From Scyliorhinus canicula (lineage: Eukaryota), in NCBI RefSeq assembly GCF_902713615.1, contig NC_052160.1, positions 35,145,202-35,209,201 on the forward strand: DNA of 64,000 bases, in the 5' to 3' direction. Both the position numbers and the translations under genes were made by a program. The notes below the pieces were generated by a model. It saw only the letters and a program-made list of their open reading frames with translations. It did no database searches and was not told the origin of the DNA. Positions 48,904 through 60,576 of the stretch are shown here, in pieces. The first letter of the stretch is position 1. Each line of letters opens with the position of its first letter.

Positions 48904-49996
48904 GAGCAGAATTTCCCTCCCAAGGCCGAGTCAGGATTTGAGGCAGTCGAGCCGACAATTTCTTTCTACCAGCCAGGATGCCGGTCTGCCAGCATGTTCC
49001 CATCAATTTTTGGCAAGGGGTTCCTGCGGGGATGACAGCCACCTGCCTGCCTGCTTGTAACGAGTAGCCAAAAAAGCCAATTAAAATGCCAATTGAGGGC
49101 ACTTGTCATACGCCGTCTGGATTTTCCAGGTGGCCAATTGGGTGTGTCCCCCCCCCCCCCCCGATTATGTGGTTAAAGCATGCAGATCGAATCGCGGCAG
49201 CCTCTTGGTGGCTTTGCAGCAACGCATCCTGCAAAATAACACAGCATGGATCGACTGGGCTGCAAGAACTACAGCCACAGGGAACCTTGTGGGGGAGTTT
49301 CCCCTCTGCTAATTTTTACCAATTTACAAGTCTTCAGAGAAGTGGCTTGCAATCCCTCAACTAGAATGGCAGCTCCCACCTCTCTAGAGGCCTTAATTGC
49401 TCCGTTTGACCTAGCCAGCTAAGCATCCCACTATTTGTTCTTAATTGAACAAGGCTCCAGGTGGCAGCCTTTTAATCAGCCACCTCCTCAAAAGTTTCCT
49501 CTATAATCCTGCCATAACAAAGAAATTCCTGAGCTCTCAGACAAATACCAGACATCCATTAGAATACACAACACCTGAGCCCCAGATCAAATATCAATTG
49601 TTTGGGAAGCCATAGGGATTATTTGGAGGCATACCTTGCCATGGGGTGCAAGAATGGCCATGGGAAGTGGATGGGTGCCATGAATGATGCATGGGGAGCG
49701 TGTTAGGGTGAGTGAGTTTGAGGGGGAAGGGCTAGAGAGCCTTACTCTCCTTTATAATTAGATCAAAGATCCAGAGCATTGAGGAGGGCCTTTTAAACAA
49801 ACCACCTTTGCATCTGCCACCCCTATGGCTGCCTCTGAATTTTTTCACGGGTTGGCTGGCCTTACTGCAGCCAACATACACCAACACCATCACAAAGAAA
49901 ATTCAGACTCTGCAGGCACTTCCTTCAAAGGCAGGCGGGCTGAGACAGGAGATTTCCTGACACCCAACACCCATCTTGAGGATGAAAATACAGCCC
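48904..49996. mobile_element. Possible decayed Harbinger-like non-autonomous element
   Basis: GAGCAGAATTTCC / GAAAATACAGCCC termini, flanks ACA/AAA. Confidence 0.4.
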
Positions 49997-51871
49997 AAAG
50001 TTACATATAGAAGAAAGTTAAATGAAAATATATACTTTTAAAATCACGAACATTAATTATCTTGAGGAAATGGTTGTCCACACTTGCAAAAATTAATTCT
50101 TGAGGACCAAAGAGGTTGTTCAAGTAATTGTCATTCATCACGCCATTAAAGACTCACTTAACTCTGAATGCACTAGCCCTAATGTCTTCTGCCGTCTTTA
50201 ATGCAGAGTCCTCGGCATGTCCTGCTAGTCCACGGCATTAGTACTGAGTCTGTCAGTGAGGATTGAAACAGCACATCCTATGGAGGAGAAGGGTATCTCT
50301 GAGGATAATCTCCTAATTTAACTGAGTGCATGGGGACGCCAGAAGTGGTTGTCGACTTTATTTGGTTATAACGATGAGTGCTAATAGACTCACTGCTATT
50401 CTTATCTCACAAAAGTCCCTTTCTGCTTTTATTTCATATATCCAGCCCTTTTTACCTTAAAGAGGAGATTTTACCGTCAGGGTCATTCGAAAAAACAAAT
50501 AAGAAAAATTATGATTAACATGAAACGTTGATAGAACATAAGAAGAAATTCATTCATTTTAGGCTTGAATGAATTACTGAGGCTGACAGTGTGAGAGAGC
50601 AAAAATATCATGAGCAGAGATAGAGCCATTAATCTAAGGGGCCTCAGCAGCAATCCTATGTGTTGATGTAGTTCCTGAACTCTGGTGGGCTGAATACTTT
50701 TCCAAGTCAATACTCCTGGTAGTACCACCAAGAACAAAGATTAATCAGAAAACAGGTGGAGGTGAGCAAAACGGGAAGCTTTTTGAATTAAGCATAATCA
50801 TTTATAAATAATTTAGAAAATAATGCTATTCTGAGTGTCTTTACGTTTTGAGCCTCCAACCCACCCTTTTAATCTGGTAAATTGTTGCTCATAGGGCATT
50901 TAACTGGGCAGCAGGTATGAAATAATTGATATTTTTAAATATTTTGAACATATAAATTTAAAGGGTATTGATTTTACTGTATATGTAGAGGTCGGCCTGC
51001 AGCTATTGGGACCATTACACATTTATTTTTCCATTAACAGTGAGACAATACTGCAATATTAAAGACTTGAGATAATTTTTTATTTAATAATTAGCTATGT
51101 AATTGCTGTAGCCTCTATTAGTTAATTTATCACGCTGAATACCCATTGCGCCTTACAGAAAAATTGCTCCTAATTATAAGCATTTCACCTAAGGAGGAAA
51201 TGTTTTAATTAGTGTTGTTTATTCATTGAGGAAATATTGCACTCACTGAAGAATGCTCAAGAATGGATTGGAGAATGACAAGAGGAATATTTTCCTTTCA
51301 ACTATATTTTTAATTAGTTATTTAATTGTTTATTTTGCCCTTCTGCTTTGTTGACTGTTCAGCATCATGTACAAAACGTCCCAGTTTCTTCCCAAGAGGT
51401 GTTTTCCATTGTAAAAAGAAATCTCACCCTTAATGACAGCTGGCTTTACAAACCACTTCATATATTTCCTCAGTCCAACGTCAAACCTAATGAAAACCTG
51501 ACCAAACTTGTATGGGCAGATTTTTTTTTTTACCCTGCCAGTAGGCCACCTGTTTCTGATTATAACAGAGACTTCGGAATATGTGGCTAAGCCATCCACC
51601 CAGAGCTGGCAGGGGCCCCAACTCACAGTGTTCCTCCAGCTTCCATAAGGAAATCTAAGGCCTTATCCCTTTCCCTGATGCAAGACCTCTCGGAAACCCA
51701 TTCCCAACACTTACCTGAGTACCAACAGGCGGGTGATTTCCCAGAGGCCAAGAGCCATTTCCTGCTCATTTCCCACTGACAGAATAAGTGGTTGGAATTC
51801 TGGATGAACACTAACTGAAACCAGCCAGAAACCTGACAGCAGTTGGAATGTTAGGTTTGAAAAGGAGAAAC

Positions 51872-52100
51872 CTTTTTAAAATAAATTTAAAGTACCCAAT
51901 TATTTTTTTGTTTCCAATTCAGGGGCAATTTAGTGTGGCCAATCCATGTCACCTGCACATCTTTGGGTTGTGGGGGTGAAACCCACGCAGACATGGGGAG
52001 AATGTGCAAACTCCACACGGACAGTGACCCAGGGCCGGGTTTCAAACCCGGGTCCTCAGCGCCGCAGTCCTAGTGCTATCCACTACGCCACATGCCACCC
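51872..52100 (-). mobile_element. Short A/T-tailed V-SINE variant with a 12-bp TSD
   Basis: Same family as 37656-37927. AAAAGGAGAAAC occurs at 51860-51871 and 52102-52113. Confidence 0.92.
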
Positions 52101-53062
52101 AAAAAGGAGAAACTTAACACAGTTAATCAGATTCTAGTTTTTGGTACAGTTAACTTGAATGGGATGAGACAGATGATGGGAAACTGGAGTCCTGCTCACG
52201 AACCTGGCATCCGCCATTTCTACTGGGAGGGAGGGGAACAAGGACTGTTTGTAGTTTTCACATCTATGGTTTTCAGAGGCAGCTGCACATGTTAAAGTGC
52301 TGCTGCCTTCAAATTGATCCAGGGATTTAAAAAGGAAACAAAGGAAGATCAGAAAAATAGTAAGAACCCCGAAAAGGAAGAGAAACTGAATTTTTGGAAG
52401 GATATCACGATTAAGGCAAATGGATTTTACAATTATCTTCAAAATAAAATGTTAGTCACGAGTAATGTGAGGACCTTAAGAAGCAGATGGAAGAGTAATA
52501 ATGCAAATTATTAGGAAATGGCAGACTTGTTGAATAATTACACCGTGCCAGTCTTTACAGCAGAAGGAAGAGGATAACATACCTGATAACCCAGGGAAGC
52601 TAATATGGAATCAAGGGTTGGAACTCTCATTTAAGAAGTATAACAGCATTAAAATTAAATAATGGCAGTAAAGGCTGAAAAATCCCTGGGTCTGTTGGTT
52701 TCCATTGTAGAGGTTTAAGGGAAGTAGATGGGGGAACTGAAGATGCTGTCAACATAATATTTCAAAGCTCTCTTTATTTCAGGATTGAAACGTACCTTCA
52801 TTATTTCAGAAAGGTAAGACAGAGAAATAAGATCATAAATCTGTCAGTTTACCATCTGCTGTAAGGAAGTCATTAGAATCCATTATTATGGAGAAAGTGA
52901 ATAAGTACTTTGAGAAATTTAAGCGGGGTAGAGAAAGCTAGCATAAATTTGTAAAGAGTAGGTCATGTCTAACAACCTAATCAAATATTTTAAGCCAGCT
53001 GCTAAAGTGGCAAACAAGGGGATGTTTATGTTTGTATGGACCTCAAGACCGCGCTTGGCAAG

Positions 53063-53324
53063 TGTGAGATCCAGACAGAGAGACCACAAGGAAGCGATGA
53101 TGAAAGCTAACAAAGGTTTAAATCACACAATAAACCAGAAATATAGCACTCCACTCCCCAAAGGGTCTCCCGCCACGACACACATCCGCGTCAAGGTTTT
53201 TATGTCCGGTTGGCTTCCCTTGTTAAGGGAAAGTCCCACGTCCTTAACGGAGAAGCTCGTATTCTTCCAAGGTCATTGAGAACCTGACAGCCCACACCCC
53301 GTGACTCTCATGAGGTTTACAACA
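53063..53324. mobile_element. Probable short solo LTR inserted in CR1
   Basis: TGTGAG...ACAACA interrupts the CR1 AFDKVPH-equivalent region. Flanks GGCAAG/GTCATG match imperfectly. Confidence 0.65.
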
Positions 53325-54160
53325 GTCATGTCCTCATACGGGACTGTTAGCTAAAGTTAAAGCTCATGCAACCGAAGGCAAATTAATAACCTAATTATCA
53401 GATTGGTTAGGTTGGAGAAGGCAGTTGGTGGAGTTAAATGAGTACAGATAGGGTACTTGAATTGGAAGGAAGTCCACCAGGACCTGTGCTGTATTTATTA
53501 ATAACTTCAGACAATAGCTCAGAACCATATATTCAAATTTGCTAATCACAGAAATATTTGCATAGTAAGTAGTGTATAAGTAAGCCTAAAATTACAAAGG
53601 AACATTGATAGTGCATGGACAAAACTGAGAGATGGGTCAAAAAGTAGGCAAGTGCAAGGCTGCCTTTTTGGACCAAACCTTCAATTCAATATTGGACATT
53701 ATGGAAAGGCATTTAATTCATATCGAGTCTGTAAAGCTTAGCTATGTAACTTGTCTGTGTGTACTTTCTTTTCACTTACTGATATTTAGCAGATAAACCA
53801 ATAATGTACAGGGCATGAGCAATATGGCGACATAAATGTAGTGATCCAAGTATTGTTAAAATGGCGTAAACCTGGAAACAATGGAGGTCCAATAATATTT
53901 AGGGGACTACGTACAATGATCGGTGAAATGTATTAGTCGGGTATAAATAAAAACAAAAAGAGTAATGGGATGCCTTTAAAACTGGGAGGTGAGAACATAA
54001 AGGAAAGGAGGTTTTGCTGCAGCTATACCAAGTCCTGTTTAACCACATCTGGAGTATTTTGTACAATTCTAGACACTGCACTTTAGAAATGTAGGCCTCA
54101 GACCGAGTGCAAATTGTTCAGAATGTTACCAGTGCTCCAAGAGTTAGTTTGTGAGGCGAG

Positions 54161-54378
54161 GGCCGCAATTCTCTGGCCGTTCACTGATGGTGCGATTCTC
54201 TGGTCTCGGCGGCAGTGCACTCCCACCCACAGGTTTGCCGATGGCATTGTGTGGCTTCAATGGGAAATGCCATTGAAAAGCGGCGGGGCAGAGAATCCCG
54301 CCGCCAGTGAACAGTGTGCCAAATTCTCCATACTCGCCAGCAGAGTAGCGGGTGAATTTGAAACGGAGAATCCTGGCT
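54161..54378. mobile_element. Family A MITE inserted in CR1
   Basis: GGCCGCAATTCTCT / GGAGAATCCTGGCT termini and central CAATGGGAAATGCCATTG. Confidence 0.82.
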
Positions 54379-54542
54379 GGGATTACATAAAGTAGGCTTT
54401 TAAGCCCTGGAATAAGGAAATGGGTGATTTCATTTAGGATCTTATACAAATTGGATGGCCAAGTAGTGAGAAACCTTTCCCACTGGTGGGGGAGTCCAAG
54501 GCAAGGAGATATAGGGCAGGATTCTCTGCCGCGAATGGGAGT

Positions 54543-54682
54543 TTTGACAAAGCTTTGACAAAGAGCCATCGGACTCAAAACGTTAGCTCTTTTCTCCCTA
54601 CAGATGCTGCCAGACTTGCTGAGATTTTCCAGCATTTTCCCTTTCGTTTCAGATTCCAGCATCCGCAGTAATTTGCTTTTAA
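54543..54682 (+). mobile_element. Penelope-like element terminal fragment
   Basis: GGACTCAAAACGTTAGCTC...CAGATGCTGCCAGACTTGCTGAG...TTCCAGCATCCGCAGTA, homologous to 60095-60193. Family assignment is from recollection. Confidence 0.65.
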
Positions 54683-54689
54683 AGAGTAT

Positions 54690-55420
54690 TGCAAACTCTA
54701 TTGCACACGAGACTGCACTTAGGGTCAGAAAAAACCAGTCTTGTGAAATTTTGGAAGCCTCGAGGACCTACTTTGAACTAGCTATTCATGGTAATTATGA
54801 ATGCAATGTGTTCAACATGAGTGACCAGTAAGAGGGGGAGAATATTGGCATGTACATGACTGCACTTAGACATCTAGCTGAATTTTGTGAGTTTTGGCAA
54901 CCGAAAGATGATCTGACCAGAGATAGGATGGTCTTGGAAACTATAAATCCCATCGCGATAGCACATATGCTGACAGAAAAGACCTTTACTCTCAAGAAAG
55001 CTATTGATATGTGCAGAAGCTCTCAGGTTGTTAATCACCAGCTGGAGAGCATTCATGGGGGAACTAACCAGGCTTTGCACTATGCAGAGAGGCAGCCCAT
55101 GCCTTACAAGCACATTACAATGTGGAAAAGGAACAAATATTTGCATGAGGAGAGCATGTAAGATGAAATGAAACATGTCCAGCATGGGAAAGCGGTGCAT
55201 TAACTGTGAGAAGCTGAATCACTTTACTAGTGCCTTGCTAGAAATAAAATCCGAGCCCAGAAAGATGATTCCGATAAATCACTCTACACCTAAGAACAGG
55301 TTGGCATTGTCACGTCTCAAGGCAAAAAACAATGATTTGTGACTACTGGAATGATAACTGCTGAAGGACAAGCATCAAGTTGGGATGAAGTGTCAGATGC
55401 CACCTGCACCTGCAAATTAA
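54690..55420 (+). mobile_element. Gypsy-type gag remnant (capsid region plus CCHC knuckle)
   Basis: YECNVFNMSDQ*EGENIGMYMTALRHLAEFCEF...RDRMVL...TLKKAIDMCRSSQ, then CPAW and KRCINCEKLNHFTSA(C) across frameshifts. Confidence 0.85.
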
Positions 55421-55525
55421 AGTGTACGCAGGACATTTTATCTTTTTTTGGAAAGGGGGTTGTTTGGAGAAGTGCCTTTGTGCACTGTGACTTTTCACAG
55501 TCCGATGCCAGCTTTTATGTAGAAA

Positions 55526-55878
55526 GAGCAGCACGGTTGCACAGTGGTTAGCACAGTTGCTTCACAGCTCCAGGGTCCCAGGTTCAATTCCCAGCTTGGG
55601 TCGCTGTCTGTGCGGAGTCTACACGTTCTCCTGTGTCTGCGTGGGTTTCCTCCGGATGCTCCGGTTTCCTCCCACAGTTCAAAGATGCGCAGGTTAGATG
55701 TCTGGCCACACTAAATTGCCCATAGTATCCAAAAAGGATAAGTGGGGGCTACTGGGTTACGGGGATAGGGTAGAGATGTGGGCTCGAGTAGGATGCTCTT
55801 TGTAAGGGCCGGTGCAGACTCGATGGGCCGAATGGCCTCCTTCTGCACTGTAAATTCGATGATTCTACGATTCTATGA
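55526..55878 (+). mobile_element. HE1 SINE (CR1-tail type)
   Basis: Full head, V-domain and GGGCCGAATGGCCTCCTTCTGCACTGTAAATTCGATGATTCTACGATTCTATG tail. Confidence 0.95.
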
Positions 55879-56564
55879 AGACTTGAGAGCAGAAGCCATT
55901 TCATCCACCACTTTGAACAGATGAGGGGTGGGTTATTTCCTTTTTTTTCTTATGGTAGGTTAAGTAGAGAGAAACCTTTCCCAACAGAGGGGGATTCTAG
56001 GAAGAGGACACATCACCATAAAATCAATGCCATTCAAAAGAGAAGTTCAAACACATTACCTCACACAAAGGGTGGCCAAAGAGTGGAACCCTCTCCCACA
56101 AAAGGCAGTAACGTGCCAGCTCAATTTACAATACCAAATCAGAGAATATTTATACATTTCCCCACTGGGAATGAAGAAAAGCTCAGCTAGCTTCTCCAAT
56201 GCCTGAAGCTCCCCAGTAAACCACCCAACTCAACTTGAACGCTCCTGAAGTTTACAATTCCATTACCAAAAATAGATAAGAACAATGAAGGAAAATAATG
56301 TGAAAAGACCTTTTCGGGAAACAAGGAAACAAAGTAGGTACTTGAATGTATTTTCAGTTGCGAACTTATGTCAGAAAAATAAACATCCGTATGTGTAGGG
56401 TTTAATTATGGGGAAAATAAAGGACCACAAAGGTTTATGAATATTATGTGGTCTCACAAAATCATTTCGTGATTTAAAATATGAGGTGCTTACAAACAAG
56501 AAAGAACCAAGACAGATGTGTAATTTCAAGTAATAAGAATGATCATCAGCAGGTTCTAAAATAG

Positions 56565-56810
56565 ACAAACTACTTCTCGCAGAGGGGCAAACTTATGGAA
56601 CTCAGTGCGGTGGAATCTGAGTCATTAAATAGTTTCAAGAAGGAGATAAATTTACTTCTGATTTTAAAAATTGGGTTAAAGGGATTTGGGGAAAGTTCGG
56701 AGGGTGGATTTGAGACCAGGAAGAGATCAGCCATGATCTGATTGAATGGCGGAGCAGGCTCAAAGGGCTGAATTGCCTACTTCTGCTCCTAATTCCAATG
56801 TTCCTATGTT
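56565..56810 (+). mobile_element. CR1 3' end
   Basis: ATCAGCCATGATCTGATTGAATGGCGGAGCAGGCTCAAAGGGCTGAATTGCCTACTTCTGCTCC...TTCCTATGTT. Confidence 0.88.
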
Positions 56811-57037
56811 ACACTCAACCTTGGGGAAGCCAGCCAGCACAGGGCGCCAATGAACTGGACTATCATCCTCGAGGTAGGTGGCAGGAGTTGGGAAATTGGC
56901 CAGCATGATCAGCCCGCCTTGGGAGAAAGTGCCTGCAAAAGATGAGATTTATGTTCAGGGTGAGTGATGGCACCGTGCTAACTGGAGTCCGGACCTCCAG
57001 TCCCGGAATCATGCGGAGTCAGCCACAGGCTCTAGCT

Positions 57038-57140
57038 TGGATTTGGATTTTGTGTATTGTCACATGTACCAAGGTACAGTGAAAAGTATTTTTCTGCGAG
57101 CAGCTCAATAGATCATTAAGTAAATGAGAAGAAAAGGAAA
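57038..57140 (-). mobile_element. LINE 3' end (Rex1/Babar-like)
   Basis: TTGGATTT...TATTGTCAC..GTACAGTGAAAAGTATTTTTCTGCGAGCAGCTCAA, with a second copy at 61622. Confidence 0.7.
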
Positions 57141-59899
57141 TTTAAGCCATCACACTATTTCTACCCCCACACATTCCCATGCACCCTCTATACTAATCCA
57201 TGCACCTGCACCCACCCCCTATTGGCTCATCATACTCGCTATGCCAACTTATACCCATGAACCTGCCTTCCAATGGCCCCTCATACCTTCTATGCCAACT
57301 TAAAGCACTTCTGTGACCATTCACCAATGACACTCTGTACAGAACCAACTAATCCTATAGTGTAGTAACAATGACATTGTGAAAAAGCTTTAAAAACTGT
57401 CATTCATTCACTTTTTAAGAAATGGCTTTTTTGACAACCCTATAAAAATATCAATCATCCAGACTTTTATAGCAGAAACTGTCAGCACTGGATGCCCCTT
57501 CAGCTCATGTAAATAAACATTAAGAATTGAGGAATACATCTAAGAGAAAAAATGTCAAACACTGGTTTTCCTTGGGTACAACTACTTCAACAGGCTAATC
57601 GATATCAGCCAAGCCTCATTAAACAATCTGGGCTGAATGTGAAGGTGTGCTGGGAAACCTTTTTTATTCCAGGTAATGACCTCCTTCTGCCCATCTCTCT
57701 CCTGTCTCCACATGTTCAGGCAAGCAATTATCTCTGAGCATGCAGGTGTGGCCTAGGAGTTATAAATTTGCCTCCACTTCCCACCCGCTCAATTCCCACT
57801 CCAAGATGGAACTTTTACGGTCCCTCCTGTTGATGGGTCTTTTTGATCCCGCCAAAGCCTTTTGGGGAACTCGGCTCTTATTCTGACCCCACCCTCTCGA
57901 CGAAAGGACCATAAAATTGCACCCCAAATATATTTATTCATTGTCTGGAAAAGTTTGAGAATTCTGTTACCAGTCATTTAAACAAAGCTAATATTCTGTT
58001 ACCAATCTTTCAAATAATTCTGATCATGGCTTGACTTATGAGATACAGATTCAATCCTGCTGATATTTAAACCATCCCATCCCATCTACTTGATGATATC
58101 ATCAATTCAACCAACAAGTTACAAAAAACAATCTCAGCATTGTATAATTAGAATTGTTACTGTTGTACTGATCCCTTTGCTGTCGAGCTTTGTGGTACAA
58201 ATTCCGGTACACCGTTAATTTGAATTCACATTATCTTACTTGTCCATGTGCTGAGATGTTTTTGGCTTCCTCTTACCAGATCATTATTTTTATTCTGCCT
58301 AGAGACATAGATATGTATCATCACTCGGGGCAATAGCTGGATGTGGCCAGAGCATAGAGCTTAACAAAAGCCAACAAGCTCGCTTTATTAAGTGTTACAG
58401 TATATTGTCAATAAAGATGATAATATCGGATTGGAAGATCACAACCATCAAGAATGAATCCGTGATATATTTTTACTTGCCTTCATTTTTAACTTGAAAA
58501 TAGTACAACGTTTCCTGGACACAGGCGTTTGGGCTCCTTGTTCAACAGAGAAGCCAAATGATGGTTCATTGGTTGCAAATTAGGATAATATCCTCCTGAG
58601 TCATGAAAGGTTTTACTGAACACATTAATTGGAGCATAAGCTTTGGAAAGCTTAACCTATCTAATTTTCTTGTGAATGAAACATTGGCCTTTTCATTATT
58701 CACAGTTCAAATAACCAGAACATTTTCTATGAGAGGCAAGCCTAATGTAAGAATTCCTTAAATGCAGCGATAATAAAGAGATAAGTAGGCAGAGAGAATA
58801 CTGTACAGTTGACTGTATAAAATCATCCACGTGATCACAGCATATTCAGAAATAACAAGTTGCTTCCCGTTCAATTTCTTTCTATAGCATTTCTTACCGA
58901 AGCAGACAAATACTCAATTAATATCCAGACAATGTTCTCAACTTTTAATGCTTTTATTGCTCGGAACATTAAATACTGTTTGTCAAGCAAATCAATCGTA
59001 TTCTGGCAGACTGCTGTTGTTAAAATTCTATCTATTATCACGGTGATTGGTTCCAAATTAGATTCAGTAGCATGCATGACTGATTAAATAGGCTGAGGAA
59101 CAAATATTGATCATTCACTTGTAAACAACTTACAGAAATCTTGATCAAATGAAAATACTTCTTGATCAATTAGTTATGCATTTACCAAGGTCCAACTGTA
59201 ATAACATACAACATGGCAATGAAGGAGCATTTTTATGCTTCAGTCACAACTAGAGTTAAATTACTTATTGATTAACTTTCAAATAAGGCATTGCTACAAG
59301 TTTAGGATAAAGTAGTGGGAATTGTTCCCTTAAGCAGACTGACCAGCTTAACTTAGGTTCGAATCCATACATCTACTCTTCTGCATTTCAACATTCTTCC
59401 AACTCTTTTGCAGGACCCAAGCGCCTTCACAGAGATTTACTTTTTAACTAATTGGTGTCTTATATCTGATGATTTTATTTTTATGTCTCCCACCATTCAC
59501 TTCCAGGGACAGTCCAAAGACTTCCTAACACAATGGGAATAAAGTGGTTGGGAAGGCATGGCTAATGGCACTGCTCTTGTAGGCTAACGCATTGCTTATT
59601 ATTAGGAGTGCAGGGTGAAACAACAGAGACGTGGGCCATGGTGGGTCGGCAGGAGGGTGGGGAGGTGGGGGAAGCATTTATTAAAAGAAAGACAATTACG
59701 CATTGTGCTAAACCTTAGAATTCTAAAGGTAAACTTTCCATGAGAGACTAATCAAAAATTCTTAATAGCTATCTGCTTAACAATGAAATTTGAGGTTGGA
59801 AATGAAGATTGATTTAATCAAAAATATTTGCAAACTCCTGAGCTTTCAAAGTGCCATACAATGGAAGGGAGTTACAGAACTACGCAGAACCTTTTCTGT

Positions 59900-60345
59900 T
59901 TTTTTTTAATAGTCTCTTTTGCTGGATGTGGGTACCATTGGTCAGTTGCCCAATCCTAATTTCCTTTGTAAATAAAAGTAAAATATTGCAGATGCTGGAA
60001 ATCCAAAATAAAAACAAAAACTGCTGGATAATCTCAGCATGTCAAGCAGCATCTGTGGGGAGAGTATTGGAGTCCATATGACTCTTTTGCAGGAGATCTG
60101 TAGAAGGTTATATGGACTCAAAACATTAACTCTGCTTCTCTCTCCACAGATGCTGCCAGATCTGCTGAGATAATCCAGCAGTTTTTACTTTTAGTCCTAA
60201 TTGTCCTGAGAAGTTGGTGATTAGCTGTCTTCTTGAACCGCTGAAGTCCCTGTGGTGTAGGTGCACCCACAGTGCTGTTGGGGGTGAGGTTGGAAGTGGA
60301 GTTCCAGGATTTGACCCAGCGACAGTGAAGAAATGGTGATATGGA
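59900..60345 (-). mobile_element. L2/CR1-group LINE 3' end split by a Penelope-like inverted repeat
   Basis: Matches 31915-32205 on both sides of the insert. TCCTAATT is duplicated at 59954-59961 and 60195-60202. Confidence 0.75.
59968..60194. repeat. Inverted pair of Penelope-like terminal fragments (fold-back)
   Basis: AAAAACTGCTGGATAATCTCAGCA...GCAGCATCTGTGG...GAGTCCATAT is mirrored by ATATGGACTC...CCACAGATGCTGC...TGCTGAGATAATCCAGCAGTTTTT. Confidence 0.8.
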
Positions 60346-60576
60346 ACCAAGGGACAAATAAGGGGGAACTGGTGGGTATAGCATGTTTGGATTTTCAAAA
60401 ACGTTCAATAAACTAATGCACAAGAGGTCACTGTACAAGCTTGGGATTGATGGGATTGGGATAATATATTAATATTTATTGAGCATTGGTTAATGGTTAA
60501 AAAACAAATTCATAGTAATAAAATGGTAATTTAAAGGTTGGTAGGTTGTAACCAGTGGAGTACCACAAGGATCAAT

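Larger units (their letters stand above)
52330..54520 (+). mobile_element. Old, heavily decayed CR1 ORF2 with nested LTR and MITE
   Basis: Recognisable CR1 peptides in order (EMADLLNNY, KSPG, SCLTT, FKFAN, LQRNID, HLEY, FRMLP), with many lesions. Confidence 0.78.
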
